Shown: piece by piece, positions 24,481 through 36,856 of the stretch
Layout: the number at the start of each line of letters is the position of its first letter
Numbering within the stretch: position 1 is the first letter of the stretch
Made by a program: the position numbers and the translations under genes
DNA from: Felis catus
Taxonomy: Eukaryota
Direction of reading: 5' to 3'
Assembly (NCBI RefSeq): GCF_018350175.1
Contig: NC_058369.1
Span: forward strand, 10,232,001 to 10,296,000
DNA: 64,000 bases
The notes under the pieces: generated by a model
What the model was told of the DNA's origin: nothing
The model's database searches: none
The model's input: the letters and a program-made list of their open reading frames with translations, nothing else

Positions 24481-24724
24481 CTTGGGAGAGCAAAGAGAGA
24501 ACGTCAGATGGAAGGCAGCTTAGGGCGCTCGACTCCTGCCCGGACGCTGTTTGATGTAGGATAAGCGCCACCAGGTCCCTATCGCTAAAACCAGGTCCCT
24601 GGATCAGTCTTGCCCTGTCCCCTGAGTGCTCAGAAGTATCTGTCATGAAGCCGAACGGCTTCAAAAACCAACCGCCTCCCCCCCCCCCCCCCCCCCCCAC
24701 ATACCACCCTACTTAGCATCCTAC

Positions 24725-25305
24725 CTCCCGAAGGCTGATCCTGGCTGGGTAAATGACGTCAGAGCCATCTCTCTTAAAGATATTGTGTGGCTTGTCCTTT
24801 AAAACAAAGACAATGTCAGCTGGAATGTTGTTGGAGGTCTGGTCGCCTTCCTTGGGGAAGGTGATTTTGGTCCCTTCTTTCCAGCCCCGCTTTACTTCGA
24901 TGGTCAAGATCTTGTCTTCGTTGCGAATGCTCTTTCCATCGGGGTTCAGCCGCTTATGGGAGATTTTCATCTTCTTGGTACAGCCGCTATAGATCTCTTC
25001 AAGCGAGACCCTGAGGTCGTGTGTGACGGGGGGATCTTGCTTCTTTCGGGTGGGCTCTTGGGCAGGACGGGAGCGGACAAAGTTCAGGTTGGTGAAGCCA
25101 CCCATGCCCATGGGCAAGCCAGAGAACGGGTCGTCGATGTCCATGCCTTCCTCCCCATTCCGCTGCCCAAAAAAGTTGTCAAAGGGATTGCGGCCACCGA
25201 AGAACTCCGCGAACATGGCATGAGGGTCTCCGTGGAACGTGTAGCTGAAAGAGGTACCGTTAGCACCACCGCTGCTCCCGCCACTGGGGCCACCACCCTT
25301 TAGGC
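24725..25305 (-). CDS. DNAJB1: DNAJB1 exon 2 (GLKGGGPSGG...ARISLRE)
   Basis: cctttcag|GC acceptor, GAG|gtagga donor; 581 nt. Confidence 0.97.
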
Positions 25306-26491
25306 CTGAAAGGCAAAGTCAGAAGAAATCAGACGGTTGGCGGGGAGCCTCTCCCCCTCTGAGACCTTTCGCTAAGGGAAAAAAGCTTGGGAGCCATGGG
25401 GGGGGGGCGGAAAATTCTTTTAGCTCCCTTCTCTGTCACAGAAGATCAAGGAAGAACCCTAAGCTTTCACCGCCCCTCCCCCAGGTACTTCAGGGTGCCA
25501 GGACAGTGGCCAAGGGCCCAAGCGCCCTCTCTGAGGGCCACCCAACTCCTGCCACTTCTTGACTGCCTATCCTCCCTGCGGGGAGGTGAAAACTTACAAA
25601 GAACCCATTAAGAGGTCAGACGCAAAAGACCTGACCCCGGGTCCACCTTCAGTAAGCGCTTCCTCTCAAAAATACTTTAGAGCTGGTCAAGTGTGAAGTA
25701 CAGAAGTGAAAGCAAAACAATAAACACGGCTTTTCAAAATCTCACACCCTGACACCAACTGTCACCATCCTTACATAAGAAGCCACTTCATTTCTTAAGA
25801 CCCAGCGCAGAAACCAGTCTGAGTCATCAACGGGCAACTGGACAACAAGAAAGCTTCCTCCTCCTGCCCGAAGAGGCCTACGCCGAGGAGGCCGGGCAGA
25901 GGCGGGCCCCGCCGCTCCCCGCACCTGGACTGCTCCGGCGCCCGCTGCCAGCTACGTGCCTGGCACCAGGTTAGGTAAGCACTTTACAGGGATTACCTCA
26001 CTCCGCCCTCACAGGGGCCCCGGAGCGAGGTCGGCGCTAATCGGCGCGCTGGTCGCAGGCTCGCGGCTCGCAGGTCGTGCCCGGCGCGCAGCCAGAGGCC
26101 CCGCCCTGCGCCCCTGGACGCCAGCGCCTGCCACCTCGGCCCAGGTGAGCCCCGGACCCCCGGGGCCCTAGCGCCACCGGCCCGGCTAAGGCTGTCCTCC
26201 TTGCCGCCCGCACCCGCACCCCCGGGATCGCTCGGGGACGTGGGCGGAGGCGCCTAGGGAGGGGCAGCCCCAGACTTGCTAGAAGCTTCTGGGCAAGCAC
26301 AGCGGCCAGGACTCCTCCTCCCATCGGGCGGCCGCCAATCCGAGGGCGGAGGCCCGCGTGGCCGCAGGGCGGGGGCTGCTCGCCCACCGGGACCCGGGCG
26401 TCCCCCGGGGACGCCGCAGCCTGGCCACCGAGCCTCGGTTTCCCCTTCAGTCAAACGGCGGGGGCGCGCCCCCAGCCGCGCGCGCACGCAC

Positions 26492-26702
26492 CTTCTTCCC
26501 CGTAGCGGTCGAAGATCTCGCGCTTGCGCGGGTCGCTGAGCACGTCGTAGGCCTCGGCGATCTCCTTGAACTTCTCCTCGGCGCCGGGCTCCTTGTTCTT
26601 GTCTGGGTGGTAGCGCAGCGCCTGGCGGCGGTAAGCCCGCTTGATTTCCTCGTCCGAAGCGCCGCGGGCCAGGCCCAGCGTCTGATAATAGTCCTTGCCC
26701 AT
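26492..26702 (-). CDS. DNAJB1: DNAJB1 exon 1, J domain with HPD motif
   Basis: ATG at 26702; G|gtgcg donor; 211 nt. Confidence 0.97.
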
Positions 26703-26772
26703 AGCCCTCGCCTGCGGCCCGCCGCCCAGCTATCGCCGTACCCCGGCTTCGCCGCCGCCCCGTCCCAGACTC

Positions 26773-27020
26773 TATATACCCGTCCGGCGGAAGCTTCCAG
26801 AGCCCGCCAGCCCCCTCCAGAACCTTCCGCCCCGCCCCCTGCGCCGCTCCGACCAATCGCCGCCGCCCAGTCCGCGACGCGCGACATCCGGGGCGGGGCC
26901 ACGCTGCCAACGGCCGCCCGCCCACGGCCACGCCCCTTCCCGCTACCCCCCGGCAACGCATCCCGGCGGCGCGCGCACCGAGCGAAGGAGGCCCCGCCCA
27001 CTCTCTGCGGGGAGCCAATC
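26773..27020 (-). promoter_or_regulatory. DNAJB1: DNAJB1 heat-shock promoter: TATA (26773-26778), in-register nGAAn array (26789-26828), CCAAT (26853, ~27015) and GC boxes in a CpG island
   Basis: gGAAg cTTCc aGAGc ccgcc agccc cCTCc aGAAc cTTCc read directly next to TATATA; DNAJB1 is an established HSF1 target. Confidence 0.9.
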
Positions 27021-28078
27021 GCGACCTTCTTTGACTGCCTTTGCTGACCCGGCCTGCGGCGAGTCCCGTCCGAAGCCTGGGTCAATAGGTTACGACACTG
27101 CCCTCCGGCAAGGGGCAGGGCTGGAGGCGGCCACGCCCATCAGAGCTGCCCCGCCCTGCCCCAGGTGACAGTAGAGCTGGTCGCACACATCTCACTGGGC
27201 TCCGGGGGTGGGTTCCCCTCCGGGTGATTCTGAGCAAGTTGACTAATCTTTCCTTGCCGCAGGTTTCCCCCCCCTACGCCGACTTATGTAACAGGGGAAT
27301 AAAAACACCCACCGTTCTCTTGGCTGTGGGGAGAATGCAATTAGGAGCCCCAGGACTGTCCCTGTCCTCACCATAAAGCAGGGTGAGGCTCCAGGACCAA
27401 AGCTCACTTCTCCGGAGTAATCTTCCCTCCGGGGGAAAAAGGCTTCTCCGCGTGCCTTTTCGCTTTACCTGCCATTGAAATCTGAAGTTATCTCGTTCTT
27501 TGACTTTTCGTGTTCAATTCACCTCCCTCCCGGCCTGCAGTTGTCAGTGCTGGGTCTCCAGTGCCTGGAACAGTATCTGGTGCCCGGTCACAGCGGACGC
27601 TCGTAAGTATTCCTGCCTGTTCCTAATGCATCTGCTTCATTTTTCTCCCCACTACATTTATGATTTGGGGGGACATGGACGTGTCATACACCCCACAGGG
27701 CCTCTGTTTCCTCCTCTGTGGGCAACATGATCCCCTTTGGCTCTGACAGTCTGGGGTGCCTGTGGTCAAAGACAGGGCTGATGGCGAAAGGAGGCTCAGA
27801 AAGGGGTACGTACCACCTGAGAAGGCCGTAGGGAAAAAGCGGTCGGCAGTGATGGTGGCTGAGGCAGAATGTTCCTGGAAGAACTGCTTGGGAGGTCAGG
27901 GTGGTGTGCAGCTGGCTCTGGAGCCAGACAGCAGGTTTCATTTCCAGTTCTAGTATTTCCTGGCTGCACCATCTTGGGCTGGTTACTGAGCCATGTGGGG
28001 CCTCAGTTTCCTCATCTGTACAATGGGGGCAGCAGTTAGTTGTACCTGCCTCACAGGGCTTTGAAACTGACATGAGTT

Positions 28079-28300
28079 GGGGCACCTGGGTGGCTCAGTG
28101 GGCTGAGTATCTGACTTCAGCTCAGGTCACGATCTCACAGTTCGTGAGTTCGAGTCCTGCGTTGGGCTCTGTGCTGACAGCTCAGAGCCTGGAGCCTGCT
28201 TCGGATTCTGTGTCTCCCTCTCTCTCTGCCCCTCCCCTGCTTGCTCTCTGTCTCTCTGTCTCTCTCTCAAAAATAAATAAACATGAAAAAAAAAAAAAAA
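28079..28300 (+). mobile_element. Felid CAN-SINE
   Basis: TSD gaaa(c/t)tgacatgagt at ~28063 and 28301. Confidence 0.9.
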
Positions 28301-28791
28301 GAAATTGACATGAGTCAACATTTGTAAAGTGCCCAGGACAGACCCGGCACAGAGGAAGCACTATCAAAGGGGTGACTAACTGTCTTGTTGAATGGTGGGC
28401 TGCTGAGCCACCCCCTTCCTGGCAGCATCACAGCAAAAAGCTTCTAGAGACTGCCACCCCTGTGCAAGCTGAAACTCCTGAGAAGGAAGACCATGGCTTT
28501 CCGCTGCTTCCGGCCATCCTTGGCCACTCACTGACCCCACCAAGGGTAACTGTGTCAGTAAGGACTGGATTAGTACACACACTGGTCAACCCAGGAGGAT
28601 GGATCTGGGCTGGGCACCCGTGAGTACACACAGCAGGGTCCCGAACCATCATAGGGGGGAAATAATTCAATTTTTCAAAAAGTTACATAAATAGCTGGAG
28701 AGTCATCATCAGGAAGGAAAATCCAGCGCTTGTGGGTTTCATGCTTACATGCTAGTATTTTATAGTATGAATTTAATTTATTAAAACAAAA

Positions 28792-28998
28792 ATTTTTAAC
28801 GTTTATTTATTTTCGAGAGAGACAGAGACAGAACGCGAGTGGGTTAGGGGCAGAGGGGGAGGGAGACAGAATCGAAAGCAGGCTCCAGGCTCTGAGTTGT
28901 CAACACAGAGCCCAACGCGGGGCTTGAACTCACCAGCTGTGAGATCATGACCTGAGCCAAAGTCAGACGCTCAACCGACGGAGCCACCCAGGCGCCCC
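28792..28998 (-). mobile_element. Felid CAN-SINE
   Basis: TSD tagtatgaattta at ~28762 and 28999. Confidence 0.9.
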
Positions 28999-29286
28999 TA
29001 GTATGAATTTAGAGTTACAAATATGGCAGCCTCCAAAGGTCTTTACATGACTTTGGGTGTCTTTGTATTTGGGGGCAAACTTAGGGCTGGAAACTCCCTC
29101 TTCCTTGTGTGAGTCTGGGTCATGTTCAGGAATTTTTGTTTAACGCCAATATATGCAAAATAACCCCAACACCTCTCCTTAGGATTTTTTGACCTGGACA
29201 CTCATTGGACACTTCAAAATGTTACTGGGACAGTAGCCTCTGCAGAAACCTCAGCCGATCTTGAGCTCTCAACTCTGAGAAGATGG

Positions 29287-29832
29287 GGTGGTTAATTTTA
29301 TGCATCAGTTTAGTTGGGTTATAGTACCCAGATGCTCAATTAAACAGTAATGTAAGTGTTGATGTGGTTAACATTTATAGTCAGTTGATTTAAGTATAGG
29401 AGATGACCCTGGATAATGTGGGTGGGCCTTGTCCCATCAGTTGAAAGGCTTTAAAAGCAAATAATACTTAGGTTTCCCTGAGGAAGAAGCATCAGCTCCT
29501 GGCCAAGAGTTTCTAGCCTGCTGGTCAGCCCTACAGATTTCAGACTTGCCTAGGTAGTGCCCACAATCGTGTAAACCAATGCCTTGAAATACATGTCATA
29601 TATATATATATTTTTTTTTTGAAAAATTTCTTTAAATGTTTAGTTTTGAGAGAGAGAGAGTGAGCACAAAGAGGGGAGGGGCAGAGAGCAAGGGAGACAC
29701 AGAATCTGAAGCAGGCTCCAGGCTCTGAGCTGTCAGCCCAGAGCCTGATGTGGGGCTGGAACTTGACCTGAGCCAATATGATGTCAGATGCTTAACTGAC
29801 TGAGCCCCCCAGGCACCCCGAAATACATCTCT

Positions 29833-29882
<50 letters not shown>

Positions 29883-29920
29883 CCTGGTTCTGTTTCTTTG
29901 GGAGAACCCTTGCTGATATA
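29287..29920 (+). mobile_element. MLT2-like (ERVL) solo LTR interrupted by a minus-strand CAN-SINE (~29612-29819) and (CA)n
   Basis: Starts ggtggttaattttatg; contains taatgtgggtgggcct; ends ggttctgtttctttgggagaaccct; gaaatacat duplicated around the SINE. Confidence 0.75.
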
Positions 29921-30444
29921 GGAACAAAGCAGGTGAGCCTGGAGTCAGTCTCAGCTGAAATCTTGGACCCACTATTTATTTATTTACTGACTGTGTGATC
30001 TTGTACAACTTGCTTGATCATTATAGGTGTGTTTCCTATAAAATGGAGGTAAGAGTGAGATCTTACCTCCCAGGGTTGCTATAAGGATGAAATTGAGAGG
30101 GGCCAGGAAATAAACATTATAACGGCTATACTATGGACATGGCCTTACTATGTGCCAAGCCAGCTCCAAATGCTCCATAACTCATTTAATCTTCTCAATA
30201 ATCCAATGGGGTTGGCTTAATATTACCTGCACGTTGCAGTGGAAAAACTGAGGCTCTGAGAGGTCATGTCACTTGCCTGCGGTCACCCAGTGACTGAAAT
30301 GCTGAAGTATAAAGTGTTCAGCACACTCAATGTTTACAGGTAAAACCTCAGCTTGTGTAAAATGTGATTCAGATGATGACAAAGCCTTAATTTTTAAGGA
30401 ATGCATCACCACTTTTTCAACATTGCTTCTCTTCGTTAAAAAGA

Positions 30445-31012
30445 CCTTCAAAAGCACTACCACCATATGAGCCAACAGTCTCACCCCTAGTGGAATACCC
30501 ATGTGAAATAAAAACCCAAGTTCCCATAAAATCCCACAAGCGAATGTTTATCAAAGCTTGACGTGTAATTATCAACAGCCATCAAAACCTAAATTTCCTT
30601 CAGTGGGAGAATGGATACATAAACTGTGGCCGAGCCACATGATGGAATGCTATTCAGCCATTAAAAAGGACCGAGCTATTGGTACAGACAACACGGCAGA
30701 TGAATCTCAAATGCCTTATGTTAGTCAAAGGAGCCAGATTCAAAAGACTGTTTGAACCCTACTGCTGTGATGCCATTTTATAAGGCATTCTGGGAAAGGT
30801 AAACGTATTGGGGCAGAAAGCAGATCAGTGGCTTCCAGGGGCTGGGATTTGCTACAAAGGGATACGGGGGAATTTGGGAGAGGGGGGGTGATGGAAAATT
30901 TTCTACATCTTGAGTGTGATGACGGTGACACAGCTGCATATATTCTGAGCTGTACCCTCTAAAAGGTAAATTCTACTGTATGTAAATGATAGCTGAATAA
31001 AAAGACAAAAAA
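30445..31012 (+). mobile_element. Old L1 3' end remnant
   Basis: gaatggatacataaactgtgg, atggaatgctattcagccattaaaaagga, cagatcagtggcttccagggg; A-rich end. Confidence 0.75.
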
Positions 31013-32594
31013 TTCTACGGACTTAAAGAAGGCAAGACGGGTAGGACTTTGGAAGCCTCTCTCTGGGATTCCTGACACAATGGCAAGTTGCTAACCAGCC
31101 CTGGCTTGTCTGCTCTAGGATTCACCTCTCCCACAACTCTGAACCAGCTCCATCGCATACACCAAAACAAGCCAAGCCAGGTTCCCAGAGAAATCAAGAT
31201 CCTACCTACTTGCATGTGGGAAATACAAAAGGAGCCTGTGAGATAGGCAGACACACCAGAGTTTCATCATGCAAATGACCCTGGGTTCCACCAGATCCGA
31301 GATCAAAGGAGCCCTCGCTCATCCTTCAGTGCTGCCACTGCGCCAGGCTTTTCTGCAATTTCCCCTTTGGAAATCGCCCGAAGGGGCTTGTCATAGTTGG
31401 CTCAGCAAACGTGAACTGTGACTGTTGCGAATTAGCCACTGTGCTGGGGATGCTGGGGACAGAAGGAGGGTCTAGCTGTCCCTAACTGACAGGCACAGTG
31501 AGAGCCTCAGTAGAGTATCGTGAATGGTTCGAACAAAGTGGCCAGTCTTCATTATGAAGGTGGATATTATTTCTGACAGCCTGGTTAGTGGAAGCCAGAT
31601 GAGGCCAATAAGGGGTCCTTGCATCTGCAATATCCATTAAAAAAAAAAAAAGGAGGAATTCTTCTTTCTGGGCTAGATCCTGCCTTTTTATGAGCTTCTT
31701 GTGGATGAAAAGAGGGTGGAAATTATTTGTGTGCCCTTGCTGGCACACGATATCGTAGGATCACAGAATGATTTTGTGCCTTTTGAGTGAGTATAAGGCT
31801 CAGGAAAGCAGTCTCAAAAGGTACATTCCAGGATGTTCTGAGTCCGTAGGAATGTACATGGACTCTCTCCAAAATGACATCTGTTTGGACCCCACACACC
31901 TTATTGGCTGCAATGCAGCATGACAGAAGACACACGGACCCAGCCCACATTAGAGAAATTGACGGGCAAAGTAGCAAAACGTGGCTAGATTTTAGCAGTT
32001 CAAATGTGCCCCTCAGCCCTGCACCATTAAGATGTTTCAAGTAACTCAACTTGGTAGGGCTTTAACTTTTGGTTTCTGGGTGATTACTCCTCTTGTCCCC
32101 CCTCAGTGAGGGCAGGGAGTGAAGGCTGTCAGGACACAAAGGATCTCAAGATACTGTGAGCCCTCAATTGCCAATCGAGAAAGATCTGTGTTTTTGAAAG
32201 CACAATTATAAAACACATTTAGGTTTTCACCTCTTTTGCCCAGATAGACCTGGGCAAAAAACATCGTGTGTTTCTGAAGACCACAACGTTGGCTTCCTTC
32301 ACTGGGAGTCACTGGTCCCCAAAAGCTGTAGCTTCAGAAGTTTCCAGAACCGAACCTGGATGACTAAGTGCTAAGCACTGACTCACCTTGCCCCACCCTG
32401 CTCCCCGGTGAATCAGTGATCTACCTTTGAGGACTTCTCACCACTGTCTCTGATGTCAGGCTTGTAAATTCCAAAGGGTTCAACGGTTGATGAAGGCTCA
32501 GGGGCAGGGTCCGGAACCAGGAGAAAGGAGAGAAGGTAGGTGAGGGCGTGTGCCAGGTGCTACTCACTCCTTACCCTGTCCTGTAATCTTGCGT

Positions 32595-32596
<2 letters not shown>

Positions 32597-32637
<41 letters not shown>

Positions 32638-32657
32638 ACGCGCTTGTGTGTGTGTGT
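32597..32657. repeat. (TG)n microsatellite
   Basis: Direct reading. Confidence 0.95.
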
Positions 32658-32726
32658 ATGAGGTGGTGCCCAACTTTCCCAGCCTGCTCATGACAAAGGA
32701 GCAAAAGCATGGCATAACCCCAGACC

Positions 32727-33065
32727 AGCATTGTCCAGTAAAGGCACAACTACCAGCCACAAATGCAAGCCAGGTCTGTGATTCTAAATGTTCCAACAGG
32801 CATGTTGAAAAAGGTAAAGAGGAACAGGGGAACTTAATTTTAATAATCTATTTTAATCCAATATATCCAAAATACTATCATTTCAACTTGTAATTAACAT
32901 TAAAGGTTATTAGTGAGATTTTTATTTTACATTCTCTTCAGTACTAAGTCTTTGAAGTCAGTGTGTGTTTTACATTTACAACACATCTCAATTTGCACCA
33001 ACCAGCCACATTTCAAGGGCTCACTAGCTACATATGACCAGTGGTGACCATGCTGGACAGCACAG
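32727..33065. mobile_element. MER33/MER3-like hAT DNA transposon remnant
   Basis: Inverted ends cagcattgtcca...tggacagcacag; internal agccacatttcaag. Confidence 0.6.
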
Positions 33066-33379
33066 GTGGACAAGTGTGGGCCCTCCGCCTATGGGGCCGG
33101 ACAAGGTGGGGCGGTGGGGCTTGCATTGAAAAGGGCAGTGAAGGCATTCCCCCCTCCGATTCATGACAGATGGGGGGGGGGTCCCCTCGCTGGAGAGGCT
33201 TCTCCATCCTGGAGCCCAAGCACACGCCCCCAGCTCCTATCCCTTTCAGGTTGCTCCCCTTTGCCCAGGAGGCTGCCCACCTGGGAGTTCACAGGGAGTT
33301 CACATGATGCTCCCCCTGTCACTCAACTTTTTGCTCCCGCCCCCAGCTTTACGGTAACCCTTGCTTCCCTCGGTTTCCA

Positions 33380-33950
33380 CAGCGACGCCACAGAGAGGCG
33401 GGCAAGGGGCGCGCGGCGCCGAGGCCTTATTTTGATTGGTGGGTGGCCAAGCACCTTTTAGCGCTTCCCTGTGTCCCGCAAGCTGATTGGCCAGCCTCGT
33501 GGCGAGAGCTGCTAGTCCTCGCTCAAGACCTGCCCCGCGGGGCGGGGTCGAAGGTGAGCGCCCCGCGCGCCGATTGGCTGTAGGGGCGCTCGTGGCAGGG
33601 AGGGGCGGGGCGGACGCGGAACCGATGTTAGTCTCGCGCGGCGGTCGCGAGCGCGTGAGGGAGCCTGTTCCTTGTCGCGCGCAGGTAGGCAGCAGCGGCA
33701 GCAGGATTAGTAGGGGTCGTGTGAAGAAGCCATGAAACACTATGAGGTAAGGAACGAGGAAACCGGGACCTAGCGGCCGCCGCAGACTCATTCGTTTTTC
33801 TTCTTCGTGGGACCCTGGGACCCCCCCCCCCCCCCTTTCTGGTCCTGTGCCCCAAAGGGCGAGCGGGACGGCGCAGGCGCAGTGGGCGCGCGTCGTGTCC
33901 CGGGGCCACTCGTAAATCGCACCGCGCATGTGCAGGGGGGTATTTCTAAT
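33380..33950 (+). promoter_or_regulatory. TECR: TECR CpG-island promoter
   Basis: Reverse CCAAT (ATTGG) at 33435, 33486 and 33573; GC boxes near 33602; NRF1-like gcgcaggcgca near 33871. Confidence 0.85.
33732..33746 (+). CDS. TECR: TECR exon 1 coding part (MKHYE)
   Basis: gccATGAAACACTATGAG|gtaagg. Confidence 0.93.
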
Positions 33951-34814
33951 TCTGCAACCTAGGCTGTTGTGGGGTTGCCTTTTCTTGGGGTCTCTGCAGG
34001 ATGTGGGAAGCTTGCAGGTTCCTTGCAGCTCCCCCAGCGGGCCGGGGCAGACTTGGCAAGGGGAGGAACAAAGGTGCGGGACCCTGGCTCCCGATCCGAG
34101 GGTGTCTTGCATAAGTGTTGCACTATGCTACCTCCTTCGGCTTAGGAAATGGCTTTGCAATCAGCCTCTGGCAAGATCTTTGGACCCCTTCCCTCGTCCG
34201 GGACGTCCGCGAGGAGATATGGCGGTGAGGGAGGTGCAGTTCCAGGCCTGGCTCCCGCCGAGTAGCAAAGCTGATCTTGCTTTTTGGTAATCTAAGAGAT
34301 CGTCTCAGTCAATCCCTGCGTGTCACCTGGGAGAAATCTCACGCCCACAGCCATTCTTGAAGCCTAGGTCCCCTGACTCCTAACTTGGGCTGCTGCTTCC
34401 CTTAAAACGAAGTCTGATGCGCTTATCGATCTAGCTGATAATAGAATATTAATAATTTAATTACTGGATCAGTACTGACTTTCAAATAACATTAAATAAT
34501 AAACTAATTTATTCTTAAAACGCATAATAACTTAGCGTGTGATTACTCTTGTGCTATGAGATTATGTTCTCTTATTTTTTATCCTCATAGGCCTATGAGG
34601 TTGGGGACTATTATTATTATTCCCATTTTTACAGATGAAGAAATAGTCTCAGAGATGTCAAATGACTTGCCCAACCCCCCCCCCCCCCCCCCCCAGGGTA
34701 AATGCAGAACAGAGAGAGAAACTCAGGACTCGGGTCTTAGTTGCCAGCCCCTAGGCCATGCTGGTCCCCAAATGAAAACTAGCAGGTAGAGATGTCTTTT
34801 TTTTTTTTTTTTTC

Positions 34815-35090
34815 TTTCTCCTCGGTTTAAAAAATTGTGGCAAAATACACATAACATAAAATTTATCATGTAACCGTTTGTAAGTGGCATTAAGTACATT
34901 TACATTATTGTGCACCCATCACCACCCTCCATCTCCAGAACTCTTTTCTTTTGAATTTATAAAACTGAAACTCTGTCCACATTGAACACTAACTCGCTGT
35001 TCCCCATTCTGTCCAGCCCCTAGCAACCGCCATTCTATTTTCTGTCTCTATGAATTTGACTACGTTAGGTACTTCACATATAAGTGAAAG
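34815..35090 (-). mobile_element. L1 3' fragment (antisense)
   Basis: aaaatacacataacataaaatttatc...ccatcaccaccctccatctccagaact...tctgtctctatgaatttgact. Confidence 0.75.
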
Positions 35091-35108
35091 GAGAGATTTC
35101 TTGTTTTT

Positions 35109-35575
35109 TTTTTAATTAAAAAAAACCCCTTTTTTTAACGTTTATTTATTATTATTATTTTTTTTTAATTTTTTTTTCAATGTTTATTTATTTTTGGGAC
35201 AGAGAGAGACAGAGCATGAACGGGCGAGGGGCAGAGAGAGAGGGAGACACAGAATCGGAAACAGGCTCCAGGCTCCGAGCCATCAGCCCAGAGCCCGACG
35301 CGGGGCTCGAACTCACGGACTGCGAGATCGTGACCTGGCTGAAGTCGGACGCTTAACCGACTGCGCCACCCAGGCGCCCCAACGTTTATCTATTATTGAG
35401 AGGCAGAGACACAGCATGAGAGGGGCAGAGACAGGGGGAGATACAGAATCTGAAGCAGGCTCCAGGATCCAGCGGTCAGCACAGAGCCCAACGCGGGGCT
35501 CGAAATCACGAACCGAGAGATCATGATCTGAGCCGAAGTCAAGACACTGAACTAACTGAGCCACCCAGGCGCCCC
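35109..35575 (-). mobile_element. Nested CAN-SINEs: young copy (~35154-35380) inside the tail of an older copy
   Basis: Inner TSD aacgtttat(t/c)tattatt at 35137/35381; outer TSD gagatttcttgttttt at 35093/35576. Confidence 0.9.
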
Positions 35576-36803
35576 GAGATTTCTTGTTTTTATTCTCGGG
35601 TTGCATACATACCATTACCTGTGTCTGCCCCCTTTATTGTTATTATTATTTTGCTAATTATTTTTTTTAATTTGAAACCTGGAAGCCCTCGCTCATTTTT
35701 GACACAGTACCAGGAATGAGGAGGTAGGATTCAACGGTCTCTCATGCCCCATTCAACTTTATGATTATAGAATAAAGTTCTACTACGGTTTTCCCTCTCA
35801 AACCCTCTTACACTCCCGGAGAAAAAGCCACAGTTTGAAAGATGCGGGAAGGAAGATCCAAATGGCATTTTGCAAAATGGAGTTTTAGTTTCCTTAGTTA
35901 GCAGCCAGATAAAGTAGGCCTCTGAGGACCCTTGGGGTGAGCACATTTGTTCCAGAAACGGTGCAGGCTGAGGCCTGTGGCTTGCACTGGAGAACGTGCT
36001 CTACCTTATGGAAATAAGTCTTTTTCCTGCCAGAGGGAAGGGGGAGCTTCAAACCCACTGTTCAAAGTGACCTTGGAGGGAAAAAAATTATTTTGCTGTG
36101 TTCTCTATTCTCATTTTCTGCTAACATTTGCCAAGCACCCTCCAAGGTGATAGCTACACTTTCCGTGTGGGAGGATCCCTTGTCTCCCAGCAAGCAGAAT
36201 AGTTTTACTCCAAGTGTCTGTTGCAGAACAGTAAAAATAGCACGGATACTACTTCCACTCCCATTTAACACACTTTGAGTAAAGGTTTCGGTTATCTTCA
36301 TCAAAGAATATATTTCTATTTGAAACTAAGCCCATCCCTCACCCCCAAGTGAGCCCCTGTCCACCGAGGGGTTCACCTCCCTCAAAAGACCTTTGTGGCT
36401 CCGACAGAGACCTCGAGATAATGAAGTGGAGTTTACAAACGATAGAAGTGATGTTCAGAAAAATGTGATCTGCGTGGAGTGTCACACAGGGCGCCGATGG
36501 AGGCTGAGGTCTGATGTCATGGCGGTTGGGATTCCAGCTGGAGGGGAGATTTGTTGCTGTTTCGGTAACAGTTTACCATCACTGCCAGTGTCCCCTCTGT
36601 GATCTGGGAGGAAGAAGTATCCCTTCAGTGGACTAGTTGAGATGAAGCAGATAGAACGGGTCCCCTTTGGGTCCTGGCCGAAGCTGGTTTCTTGGAAGGC
36701 AAAGGAGGCCTTGGGATTGTCTTGGGGTCGGATGGATCAGGGTTGATAAGAGAGCTGCTGATCTTACGCTACAGGATTCTTTCCTTTTCTTCTCTTTTTT
36801 CTT

Positions 36804-36856
36804 TTCCTTCCTTCCTTCCTTCCTTCCTTCCTTCCTTCCTTCCTTCCTTCCTTCCA
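36804..36856. repeat. (TTCC)n microsatellite
   Basis: Direct reading. Confidence 0.95.

Larger units (their letters stand above)
23066..26750 (-). other. DNAJB1: DNAJB1 gene span; CDS join complement(24250..24480,24725..25305,26492..26702) = 1023 nt, 340 aa
   Basis: [10 protein letters not shown]...HPD...TVLEQVLPI: J domain, G/F region and C-terminal substrate-binding domains; GT-AG introns. Confidence 0.97.

Noticed and set aside
25306..26491. DNAJB1 intron 1 as the DNAJB1-PRKACA fusion breakpoint region
   Set aside because: Known human somatic event; here exon 1 is followed by intact exons 2-3 and no PRKACA sequence is present.
33600..33730. Possible orthologue of the miRNA annotated at the human TECR 5' end (MIR639)
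   Set aside because: Only generic GC-rich pairing is visible; I cannot support a hairpin or cross-species conservation.
36440..36520. C/D-box snoRNA-like GTGATGT...CTGA in TECR intron 1
   Set aside because: Imperfect C box, no terminal stem and no recognisable rRNA guide.
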